Positions 1 to 9,870 of a stretch of 15,388 nt of DNA are shown in pieces (position 1 is the first letter of the stretch; every line of letters starts with the position of its first letter). Source of the DNA: Paraspadella gotoi (Eukaryota; Animalia; Chaetognatha); the NCBI GenBank assembly GCA_051294375.1, contig CM119263.1:1619809-1635196 (forward strand), given 5' to 3'. The translations under genes and the position numbers were made by a program. The notes beneath the pieces are model-generated. The model searched no databases and had not been told where the DNA came from. It worked only from the letters and a program-made list of their open reading frames with translations.

Positions 1-530
1 CTTCCTCTCCATCTTTTTTCCCGCCAATTTGGTTCTTCAATGCGTCAATTTCCTTTTGTTGCTCTTTTTCTTTTTTTATTCTTCAATTTTTTTTTCTTCA
101 TTTTTTATTTTCAACTTTTTCTTTTTCTTTTCAATTTTTTTTTTATTTTGCTTCTCTATTGTCCTTTGTAAAACCATCGGAGCAATCAACTTTCTTTTAA
201 AATGGAAGAAAGAGAGAGAGAGCGAGAGAGAGAGAGCGAGAGAGAGAGAGAATGAAAGAAAGAGAATCCAAAAAGAAAGAAAGAAAGGCCCATCTTTTTA
301 GACTTTGCTTAACGAGGTATGAAAGGCGCTAAAAACCCGTTTTCTTTAGCCCGTGGGGTGAGGTGAGAGATCGGCAGCTTGAGCGGGTAAGTCCGCATCA
401 GCTTTAAAATGCGTGAAATGAGCGTGAAAAAGTGATTCCTAGGACGGGAGACCGAGGAGGGGCTTAACCTACCATGTTGGCGCAATTGCCTTACTTTTTC
501 CCCCTGAGGTGAGATGGGTGAGAGAGAGAG
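1..530 (+). repeat. Left arm of inverted repeat (partner 5489-6083); extends past the left edge of the window
   Basis: CTTCCTCTCCATC at 1-13 is the reverse complement of GATGGAGAGGAAG at 6071-6083. TAAGTCCGCATCAGCTTTAAAATGCGTGAAATGAGCGTGAAAAA (~388-431) occurs reverse-complemented at ~5608-5651. Colinear matches continue to the (GA)n tract at ~520. Confidence 0.95.
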
Positions 531-750
531 AAGAGAGCAGAGAGAGAGAAAGCAGAGAGGGAAGAGCAGAGAGAGGAGGAGAGAGAGAGAGCATAAAACG
601 GACTACTGGCCTCGATTTTCGTACAGGCAAGAAAATGGAAAAGCGTCGGTAAGAATTTCCGATTCAACGAAGAATTCTTTCTTTCAAAAAACATCTTTCA
701 GGTGCCTTGACATCAGAGAAAGACTCAACGAGCTTAAGCTTGCACATTGA
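302..750 (+). CDS. Candidate 3' exons of a multi-intron hypothetical protein gene (C-terminus ...MGKKMEKRRCLDIRERLNELKLAH*)
   Basis: Candidate GT-AG introns at 317-349 (GTATGA..TTTAG), 387-442 (GTAAGT..CCTAG), 518-626 (GTGAGA..TACAG) and 649-701 (GTAAGA..TTCAG). Removing the last two gives an open frame from ATG 514 to TGA 750. No recognisable homology. Upstream frames are uncertain because of indel noise. Confidence 0.3.
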
Positions 751-778
751 CAGAGTGTGAGTTAAAAACATGCTATTT

Positions 779-1270
779 AATTCATTCCTGAAATTATTCA
801 TCTCATATCATTCATCATTCATTCACTTCATTCATCATCATTCATTACATGTCATGCTCATCTATCATTCATTCATGTAAACTTCAAATTCACCATTCGC
901 ATTCATTCATAGTCAGTTATTGCAGAATCATTTAATCATTTAAATCATATCACGAACTTTTCCTTTATTTATATAATTTTAATAATTTCATCATTAATTT
1001 ATTTATTAATTGTATTTTAATTAATTCATACGTTTTGTGTATAATTCAATTGTTCATGGTTAATTCCTATATGTGCATTTATTATTCCCGATCATTTATT
1101 CCTTTCATTCGCTCGTTCTATTCATTCTTGTTAAATTAGTTTTTTTCGATTAATTGAATATTCATTATTTCTCATCGTTTTATTCAATCAGTCACTCAGT
1201 CGTTTCATAAGTCTGCTCTGATGATCAGTCAGTTCACTCACATTCAGTCAGTCAGTCCAGTCTGGTCTTT
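779..1270. repeat. Degenerate (TTCA/TCAT)n and AT-rich low-complexity tract ending in (CAGT)n
   Basis: Many TCATTCAT units, then CAGTCAGT units at ~1190-1265. Same pattern at ~3690-4125. Confidence 0.85.
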
Positions 1271-1791
1271 CATCGAATTTTTGAAACCGTTTTTCGTCTT
1301 TTATGATTATCGATTTGAGTTGGACGTTTAATTGTCGCTCTGTCAAGGAAAGAAGGAAGAGGAGGAGGAGTAGATTGGGGGAGTAGGGAGGAAAGGACTG
1401 GATGAAGACGGGAAGAAGAGATGGTAGGAGAAAGAGAAAGGATAGGAATAAAAAAACACAAAAAACAACCGTGCATTAGAAAAAAGTTAAAAAAACAGGA
1501 AGAAGAAAAATGAACAAAATAAGAGAGAAGGAGAGAAAGTGAGATAGAAGGACAGTCTACGAAAATAAAAATAAGGAGAAAAAGGAGTTGCAGCGAGACG
1601 GAAATGACTGGTGCAAAAGCGTTTAAATGGCAAGAATGTCTTTAAAATGGCAAAAATGGCGCGCAAGATAAAATAAAGAGAGAAATGGAAAAAAAGGCAA
1701 TGGGGAAATGGCGATTCTTTAGATTTGCGCTCGAAGCGATTTCATTGGTTTAATGAATTGAAAAGTGAAATGTGACGCAAACAGCGGTAAA

Positions 1792-1843
1792 GGGGGTGGG
1801 GCGGGGAAGAAGGGGAAAGGGGATTTGGTGAAATGGGGAGGGG
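1792..1843 (+). other. G-quadruplex-forming motif containing a GC box (second copy at ~4630-4681)
   Basis: GGGGG-T-GGGG-C-GGGG-AAGAA-GGGG-AAA-GGGG-N12-GGGG-A-GGGG: seven runs of four or more G. Includes GGGGCGGGG. Confidence 0.7.
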
Positions 1844-2735
1844 AAGCGTTTGTTATAAAAAAGAGGGGGAGGGGGACGCCGAATGAACGCTAGGAAGAAG
1901 CAAGAGACTAAAAGGAGAGAGAATAAGAAGATTGAGTCATGAAAGAATAAGGAAAAGAAACGAAACGAAAGGCGAAAAAAAAAAATTTTCTGTTAACATT
2001 TTCGCTTTTTTTGTGCAACGAATTTTCCGCATTTTTTGTTTAAGGCAAATTTTCTTTCGTGTGAGCGTGAATTTTATTGCAGTCGATGTGCGAATTGTAT
2101 TTCAATCGTTCCGATAACAAAATTACTAACTTGTATTTTTTTCGCGTTTTTTTCCTCACTTTTTTATTTCGCTTCGGACTTCACTTAAAGGAAGATAAAA
2201 AACACTTTTACAATTTTTTTCCAAATCTTATAATTTTACGTGTGATGGTCAGAATCATTTCGTCAAACGCAATTGTAATGACTCTTACATTACGGGTCCC
2301 ATGTGGCAAGGGGGCATAAATTTGAAGTATATACTTTAAACCGATTCCTGTTTTAAGTCCCAAACTTTCTCTCTCTTCTTCTCGCAAAAAGTCTTTTCTC
2401 AATTTCGCTCCTTGAATAAAAAGAAAGAAAAGAAGAAAGAAAGAAAAAAAGAAAGAAAGAAAAGCGACAAATGGCTTTTTTTAAAAGCGTTTTTCCTCTC
2501 AGTGTGTTGCTTTTATTTAACGTCCTCCCTGATAGAAAGCGAGACAAAGAGAAACTCTTCAAAAGACGAAGAAAAGGCCTAAAGTCGCCATTCGTGTGTT
2601 TTCAACGACGACAAAGAAAAAGTTGAAACGAGCTTTCTCCATCTCTCTCTCTTCTCTCTCTCTCCTCTCTCTTCTCTCTCTCTCTCTCTTCTGCGTCTCT
2701 TTCTCTCTCTNNNNNNNNNNNNNNNNNNNNNNNNN

Positions 2736-2774
2736 TGCCATGCCATGCCATGCCATGCCATGCCATGCCATGCC
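2736..2774. repeat. (TGCCA)n pentanucleotide microsatellite, at least 7 perfect units, truncated by a gap
   Basis: Read directly from the sequence after the 25-N gap at 2711-2735. Confidence 0.97.
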
Positions 2775-2894
2775 CATTGTCTAACCTCCTCACTGTCTGC
2801 CAATCCAACATCCCACTTTCCCCCCGCAATCTCATTTCGTAAAAAGACCATAAAAACGACGGAGGAAGAATTTCTCACTTCTGCACTTTCGTCA

Positions 2895-2918
2895 CCTCCT
2901 CCTCCTCCTCCTCCTCCT
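2895..2918. repeat. (CCT)8 microsatellite
   Basis: Read directly from the sequence. Confidence 0.9.
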
Positions 2919-3440
2919 CTTTTTTCATGCCCGGGCAGCAAAGTTTTTTCCCCTCTCTTCCTTCTCTCGTCCTACTTTCTCGGACTTTCGTCCGACTTTG
3001 CCCTCCTTTTTGTTTCTCCCCTCGTTTCCTCCCTTTCTCTCTCTTTTTTTTCCTCCCCTTTCATTCTTTTCTCCTCCCCTTTCGTCCTCCTTTNNNNNNN
3101 NNNNNNNNNNNNNNNNNNNNNNNNNNNNNNNNNNNNNNNNNNNNNNNNNNNNNNNNNNNNNNNNNNNNNNNNNNNNNNNNNNNNNNNNNNNNNNNNNNNN
3201 NNNNNNNNNNNNNNNNNNNNNNNNNNNNNNNNNNNNNNNNNNNNNNNNNNNNNNNNNNNNNNNNNNNNNNNNNNNNNNNNNNNNNNNNNNNNNNNNNNNN
3301 NNNNNNNNNNNNNNNNNNNNNNNNNNNNNNNNNNNNNNNNNNNNNNNNNNNNNNNNNNNNNNNNNNNNNNNNNNNNNNNNNNNNNNNNNNNNNNNNNNNN
3401 NNNNNNNNNNNNNNNNNNNNNNNNNNNNNNNNNNNNNNNN

Positions 3441-5428
3441 AGAGAGCAGAGAGAGAGAAAGCAGAGAGGGAAGAGCAGAGAGAGGAGGAGAGAGAGAGAG
3501 CATAAAACGGACTACTGGCCTCGATTTTCGTACAGGCAAGAAAATGGAAAAGCGTCGGTAAGAATTTCCGATTCAACGAAGAATTCTTTCTTTCAAAAAA
3601 CATCTTTCAGGTGCCTTGACATCAGAGAAAGACTCAACGAGCTTAAGCTTGCACATTGACAGAGTGTGAGTTAAAAACATGCTATTTAATTCATTCCTGA
3701 AATTATTCATCTCATATCATTCATCATTCATTCACTTCATTCATCATCATTCATTACATGTCATGCTCATCTATCATTCATTCATGTAAACTTCAAATTC
3801 ACCATTCGCATTCATTCAGTTATTCAGTCATTTAATCATTTAATCATTCACAAACTTTTTCATTTATTTTATAATTTAATAATTTCATCAATAATTTATT
3901 TATTCTTGTATTTATTCATTCATACGTTTGTTAATTCATTCATTTATTCCTTGATTCATTTATTTTTCCTTCATTTATTCCTTTATTCCTCGTTCATTCA
4001 TTCTTTTATTAGTTTTTTCATTAATTAATTCATTATTTCATTCGTTTATTTAATCAGTCACTCAGTCAGTTCATAAGTCTCTCTGATGATCAGTCAGTCA
4101 CTCATTCAGTCAGTCAGTCAGTCTGTCTTTCATCGAATTTTTGAACGGTTTTCTCTTTTTATGATTAATCGATTTGAGTTGGACGTTTTTTCGCTCTGTC
4201 AGGAAAAGAGGAAGAGGAGGAGGAGTAGATGGGGAGTTGGAGGAGGAAGAGAAGACGGGGAAGAAGAGATGTAGGAGAAAGAGAAAGAGATAGAATAAAA
4301 AAACACAAAAAAACAAACCGTATTAGAAAAAGTAAAAAACAGGAGAAGAAAAAGAAAGAAAATAAGAGAGAAGGAGAGAAAGTGAGATAGAAAGACAGTC
4401 TAGAAAATAAAATAAGGAGAAAAGAGTTGCAGCGAGACGGAAAAATGACTGGCAAAGCGTTTAATGGCAAAATGTCTTAAATGGCAAAATGGCCGAAAGA
4501 AAAAATAAAAGAGAAATGGAAAAAATGGCCAATGGGGAAATGGCGAAGGGGCGATTCTTTAGATTTGCGCTCGAACGATTTCATTGGTTAATGAATTGAA
4601 AAGTGAAATGTGACGCAAACAGCGGTAAAGGGGGTGGGGCGGGGAAGAAGGGGAAAGGGGATTTGGTGAAATGGGGAGGGGAAGCGTTTGTTATAAAAAA
4701 GAGGGGGAGGGGGACGCCGAATGAACGCTAGGAAGAAGCAAGAGACTAAAAGGAGAGAGAAATAAAGAAGATTGAGTCAGTGAAAGAATAAGGAAAAGAA
4801 ACGAAACGAAAGGCGAAAAAAAAATTTCCTGTTAACATTTTCGCTTTTTTTGTGCAACGAATTTTGGCATTTTTTGTTTAGCAAATTCTTCTTTCGTGTG
4901 AGCGTGAATTTTATTGCAGTCGATGTGCGAATTGGTAATTTCATCGTTCGATAACAAAATTACTAACTTGTATTTTTTTCCTGTTTTTTCCCCTTTTTAT
5001 TTCGCTTCGGACTTCAACTTAAAGGTAAGATAAAAAAAAACTTTTACAATTTTTTTTAAATCTTATAATTTTAGTGTGATGGTAGAATCATTTCGTCAAA
5101 CCATTGTAATGACTCTTACATTACGGGTCCCATGTGGCAAGGGGCATAAATTGAAGTATATACTTTAACCGATTCTGTTTTAAGTCCAAAACTTTCTCTC
5201 TCTCTCTTTCTCCAAAAGTCTTTCTCAATTTCGCTCTTGAAATAAAAAGAAAGAAAGAAAGAAAGAAAGAAAGAAAAGCGACAATGGCTTTTTTAAAGCG
5301 TTTTCCTCTCAGTGTTTGCTTTTATTTAACGTCCTCATAAAAGCGAGAAAAGAGAAACTCCTTCAAAAACGAACAAAAGGCTAAATCGCCTTCGTTTTCA
5401 ACGACGACAAAAAAAAGTTTGAAACGAG

Positions 5429-5463
<35 letters not shown>
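3441..5463 (+). repeat. Direct repeat copy 2 (~2.0 kb)
   Basis: Colinear with 532-2710 and bounded by N-gaps on both sides. Confidence 0.97.
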
Positions 5464-5488
5464 NNNNNNNNNNNNNNNNNNNNNNNNN

Positions 5489-6083
5489 TCTCTCTCTCTC
5501 ACCCATTCTCACCTCAGGCTGGCGAAAAAGTAAGGCAATTGCTACCGCCAACATGGTTAGAGTTAAGCCCCTCACTCGTGCTTCTCCCGTCTTAGGAAAG
5601 TGCACTTTTTTTCACGCTCATTTCACGCATTTTAAAGCTGATGCGGACTTACTCCGCTCAAGCTGCCGGATCCTCTCACCTCACCCCACGGGCTTAATAG
5701 AAAACGGTGTTTATTTTAGCGGCCTTTCATTACCTCGTTAATGCAAAGTTCTAAATAAGATGCGGGTCCTTTCTTCTTTCTTTTTGGATTCTCTTTCTAT
5801 TCATTCTCTCTCTCTCTCGCTCTCTCTCTCTCGCTCTCTCTCTCTTTCTTTCCATATTTTAAAAGAAAGTTGCATTGCCTCCGATGGTTTACGAAAGCGA
5901 CCAATAGAAAGAAGCCTCCAAATTAAAAAAGGAAAATTTGAAAAGAAAAAGAAAAAGTTTGATAAAAATAAAAAATGAAGAAAAAAAAATTGAAAAGTAA
6001 TAAAAAAGAAATAAGTGAGCAACAAAGGAAATTGACGCATTGAGAACCATATATTGGCGGTCGAAATAAAGATGGAGAGGAAG
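5489..6083 (-). repeat. Right arm of inverted repeat (reverse-complement copy of 1-530)
   Basis: Colinear reverse-complement match to 1-530, about 65 bp longer through many 1-4 nt indels. Starts immediately after a 25-N gap. Confidence 0.95.
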
Positions 6084-7725
6084 GGAGGAGGAAGAGGAGG
6101 AAGGAGGAGGGAGGAGGAGAGGGGAAGCATTTATAGATATATTAAATGCAAAGTAAGATGAAAAATAAAACATGGTGTGCATCGAAACGCTTAGGAAGAA
6201 CATAAAAGAGACGAGAAGACGAGAGTGAGAGATAGAGAGATTGAGAAGAGAGAGAAGATGATGAGAATGAAAGTATTGAGCGGAAAGATTTTTAGTCGTG
6301 CAAAATATGGCTAAAAAAGAAAGAAAGGTTAAAAAAGAGAGACAAAAAAAGATGTGAAAAAGTCGTTAAAGCTAAAGAGAGCTGCTTGGCCGTGGCTTCT
6401 TCCGCCACTTTCCCTGCGATCCTATGCTACTGCCGATTACATCAATGCTTTCCGCTACTGCCAATACAGTCAATACTGCAATCAGCTCCTATTCGTTCCT
6501 CCCTCCACCTCTATTCTTCCTAATCCCCTCTCTTTGCCCACCTTTGAACTCGAATTTCATCCAAAAAACTGAAAAAGGAAAAAATGTTGCCGAAAAAAAG
6601 GAATAAGTTTTTTCGAGTTTCTCTTCACTCCTCCTCCTCCTCCTCTTCTCCTGCTCTCCTCATCCTCTTTCCGCTCAAATATGTTCTGGTCACCTGAAAT
6701 TGACAGAAAGAAAGAGGCAAGTCGTGTTTCATCTCGTGAAAAAACTGTGAGAAATAATTGAGCAGCAAGCTGTTGAGAAAAAAATCGAGAAAATTGGTTT
6801 CTCTTTTGTTTTTGTTAATTTGTTTTGGTCCGCGTAGTTTGTTATGACATTTTCCAGGCAGCCAGTCAAGAGTCGAGCAGGCATGTATATTTATATATGA
6901 GTCATCTGTATGTCGCTCCTGTAGTATGAGTCAAGTATTGGGCATTTAGATTGCAATAAACTTTTATTATTGGTTTTGATCTGGCAAAAAAATCATAACA
7001 TCTTTCCAATTTGAGAAACTTGTTTTTTGTTTGTCGGTCAATCTAATTATTGTTTTTCGACGGTTGATGATGTCGTCTGTCTGCGTCGTTGTTTCTGTTT
7101 TTCGTTGTCGTCAAATACGTCGTCTTCGGGTGTCGTCCTCTTTCTAGTCGTCGTACTCGTTTTGTTAGTAGACAGGGAAAATTAAAAGTTTTACGTGAGG
7201 CCTCGGGAGAATTTGAAACGATCGGAATCAGGTGAAGTTCTTTTATGATTGGCAATTATAATATTTGTTAAAAAGGAAAGAAACGAGAGAGAGATAGAGG
7301 AGCAGAGAGAGAGAGAGGAGAGGACGAGACGAGTTGTGGGTAGGTGTGGGGAGTGAAGTGTGGGCACAGGGCAGGGCATTGTGGGTAAGTTAAAGATAAA
7401 GTTAAAATTAAGGTTAAAATACATCGTTATTATATAGTCTATCCAAAATCGGGGGCAAGATATTATATTAAATATAAATTATATATTGGTTGTACTAATT
7501 TCATACGAGAAAGAAACCAAAGTAAATATGAAGCGTTTGACAAAGGAGGAGGTTATAAGAAAATTTCACCCATCGGTTTGTTGTGGTTTCAGACTGTGGT
7601 TGTGTGGTTTTGTGGTTGTGTGAGCCAAGAGCCAAGAATCCCAGAGATTGCAACGACTCCCTTGTTAAAAGGAATTCAGATGGAAGACTCGTTCCTTCTT
7701 TTTTTTACGACTGATAATCATTAAG

Positions 7726-7890
7726 TAAATTGGATTTACGACAATGAGCTTCGCCAAATGGGAGAAAATGACGACGATGACGACGAAGAAGACGACGAAG
7801 AAGACGATGAAGACGATGACGATTTCTCTCAACAGAGGAAAAGAGGAAGTCGAAGACGCAACCGAGAATCGTTTAAAAAAATGGCGGAGT
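7726..7890 (+). CDS. Candidate exon with an acidic tract followed by a basic cluster (NWIYDNELRQMGENDDDDDEEDDEEDDEDDDDFSQQRKRGSRRRNRESFKK); 3' boundary uncertain
   Basis: 18 consecutive GAN codons with third-position variation (GAC/GAT/GAA). Preceded by a poly-pyrimidine tract, a branch-like CTGAT and an AG ending at 7725. Lies in the frame of ORF 7758-8078. The alternative minus-strand poly-Ser frame is closely bounded by stops. Confidence 0.35.
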
Positions 7891-7921
7891 TTTTGGGGAC
7901 CCGATTTTTTTCTAAAGAATT

Positions 7922-8010
7922 TCGGGCGGCGGTGTGGCGGTGGGGCGGCGGAGCGGAGAGACGGCGTTGCGGAGAGACGGCGGTGCGGCGGTGCGGCGGC
8001 GGCGCGCGGT
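7922..8010. repeat. GC/CpG-rich degenerate (CGG)n patch with GCGGAGAGACGGCG repeated twice
   Basis: Sharp GC peak in an AT-rich background. The direct repeat is visible at ~7952 and ~7969. Confidence 0.75.
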
Positions 8011-8507
8011 GTCTCGTTTGGTCGCTTTTGTTTGGAGCTGAAAAGAGAAAAAAACTTTTTGGGGGAAAAAAAGAATGAAAGAGAAAAACATGAAAGTTGA
8101 AGCGTAAAAAGTGAAGTTAAAAGTCGGTTTGGATTTAAAAATTATGTCGGTTTCGTTAGGTTTACGAGTTGAAAAGAAAAGTTGGGAAACGGGGAGAAAG
8201 ATAGAGATAGAGAGAAAATAGGAAAAACTGTGTGTGGATGTCGATTGTCGATGTGAATAATTAAAAGAATTGCTGAGAGATAAATCGATCGATGTAGTTT
8301 TAGGTCAATGGAAGAAAAAGTAAATACTTAAATGTGATACCCCGCTACAAACTAAACTACAAATGATTACTATTTCAAGAATTGGTTGCAACGTCGCTGA
8401 TTTGCAGAATCTCATCCAAAAGAAGAAACAAAGATGGCGCAGAAAAACCTCCGAGTTTACACCTGGTGCCTCTTCCCCATAACAACTTGGAAATTGCAGC
8501 CAATATG

Positions 8508-8509
<2 letters not shown>

Positions 8510-8544
<35 letters not shown>
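8510..8544. repeat. (CT)n microsatellite running into a gap
   Basis: Perfect CT run. Similar runs at ~5431-5463, ~9787-9814 and 15236-15258. Confidence 0.95.
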
Positions 8545-9677
8545 NNNNNNNNNNNNNNNNNNNNNNNNNNNNNNNNNNNNNNNNNNNNNNNNNNNNNNNN
8601 NNNNNNNNNNNNNNNNNNNNNNNNNNNNNNNNNNNNNNNNNNNNNNNNNNNNNNNNNNNNNNNNNNNNNNNNNNNNNNNNNNNNNNNNNNNNNNNNNNNN
8701 NNNNNNNNNNNNNNNNNNNNNNNNNNNNNNNNNNNNNNNNNNNNNNNNNNNNNNNNNNNNNNNNNNNNNNNNNNNNNNNNNNNNNNNNNNNNNNNNNNNN
8801 NNNNNNNNNNNNNNNNNNNNNNNNNNNNNNNNNNNTCCGCCTCTTCCCTGCTGGTGTCTCCGCTCTCCCCAGAGGAAAATAAATTTGCTTTGAAAAATCG
8901 AGGTTTCGTGTGAATCGCGAGCGCGAGAGAAAAAATTCACGGAACGACGTGAAAGGGAGAAATGCGGGCGACGCTGGTGAGAGTGATAAAGGGGCGGTGA
9001 TGTTTGAGACTGACAAAGTGAGGACAAGGAAGTGACAAAGGGGAGGTGATGCTTGTGAATGTCAAAGTGACAAAGGGGGAGGATGTTCCATAGAGTGAAA
9101 TGTAACAAACCCAGGGTGAGTTGCAAAGAAGAGGTGAGTGAAAAAGTCAGTGATAGAAGGAAGTGAGAGTGACAAAGAAGTGGCTTTGTTTGCGACTTCA
9201 CAACTTAATGACAACGAATTGATCGTGAAAAAAAGGGCCACCTAATTTCGTATCTCGTGAGAGTAACAAAGAATTGTTCTCAAAAAGTTTAAAAAAAAAT
9301 GTCGATATTGAGAAAATATTATTTTTAAATTAATTAACGAAAAGAAATGAGATGATTTATTTCTTTACTTATTTGAGTGATGATTCTTGTCCAAGGAGGG
9401 AAACGATGTCATGAGGAAGAGAAAGTGAAAGGTTAAGCCAAATGAAGAAAATTTATTATTTCCCGTATGTCAACTTGTATCAAATGGAAATGATATTATC
9501 TCAAAAGCTTGTTGCTTTCTATGTTTCTATATTTATTTATTAGCTAAAATTTTCTATCAAATTCGATTGATCCCTACGTCACCCCTTTTCCCCCGACCTC
9601 TTCCAATCCCCACCCCCCCATTTTCACTCCCCCTTCGCCTTGTTGATGCTCTCTTGTTCCCCCTGACCCATTAATTC

Positions 9678-9786
9678 GCCGCTGAATCCAACGCCCGTCG
9701 CTCGCGGCGCCCAATCGAGTCGCTGTCCGCGCCCTCTCTGCCCTCGCGCGTCTTTGCCCGATCGCTCATTCCGCTCGGGCTCCGAA

Positions 9787-9817
<31 letters not shown>

Positions 9818-9870
9818 ATCATCTCATTTTCGTCGTGACCCGGGGAAAAATCACGTGACCCAGAAAAAGC
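9678..9870. promoter_or_regulatory. CpG-rich promoter-like island with CCAAT, (CT)n and a palindromic E-box TCACGTGA
   Basis: CpG-dense 9678-9785, CCAAT at ~9711, TCACGTGA at 9851-9858, CGTGACCC twice (9834, 9854). Function is inferred only. Confidence 0.3.

Larger units (their letters stand above)
532..2710 (+). repeat. Direct repeat copy 1 (~2.1 kb; partner 3441-5463)
   Basis: 532-909 appears identical to 3441-3818 (constant offset 2909). The rest is colinear with many small indels. Both copies end in GAAACGAGCTT followed by (CT)n and a 25-N gap. Confidence 0.97.

Noticed and set aside
385-468. RNase P/MRP P4-like pair (TAAGTCCGC ... GGGGCTTA) and U3 box B-like GAGCGTGAA
   Set aside because: The halves are only ~70 nt apart and mismatched, other conserved regions are missing, and GTAAGT is better explained as a splice donor.
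2745-3659. 304-aa ORF, and similarly the ORFs at 8305-9201 and 14747-15383
   Set aside because: They span N-gaps and microsatellites, so their length is not evidence of coding.
532-5463. LTR retrotransposon or TIR transposon reading of the large repeats
   Set aside because: No TG..CA termini, PBS, target-site duplication, gag/pol or transposase is visible, and the boundaries coincide with assembly gaps.
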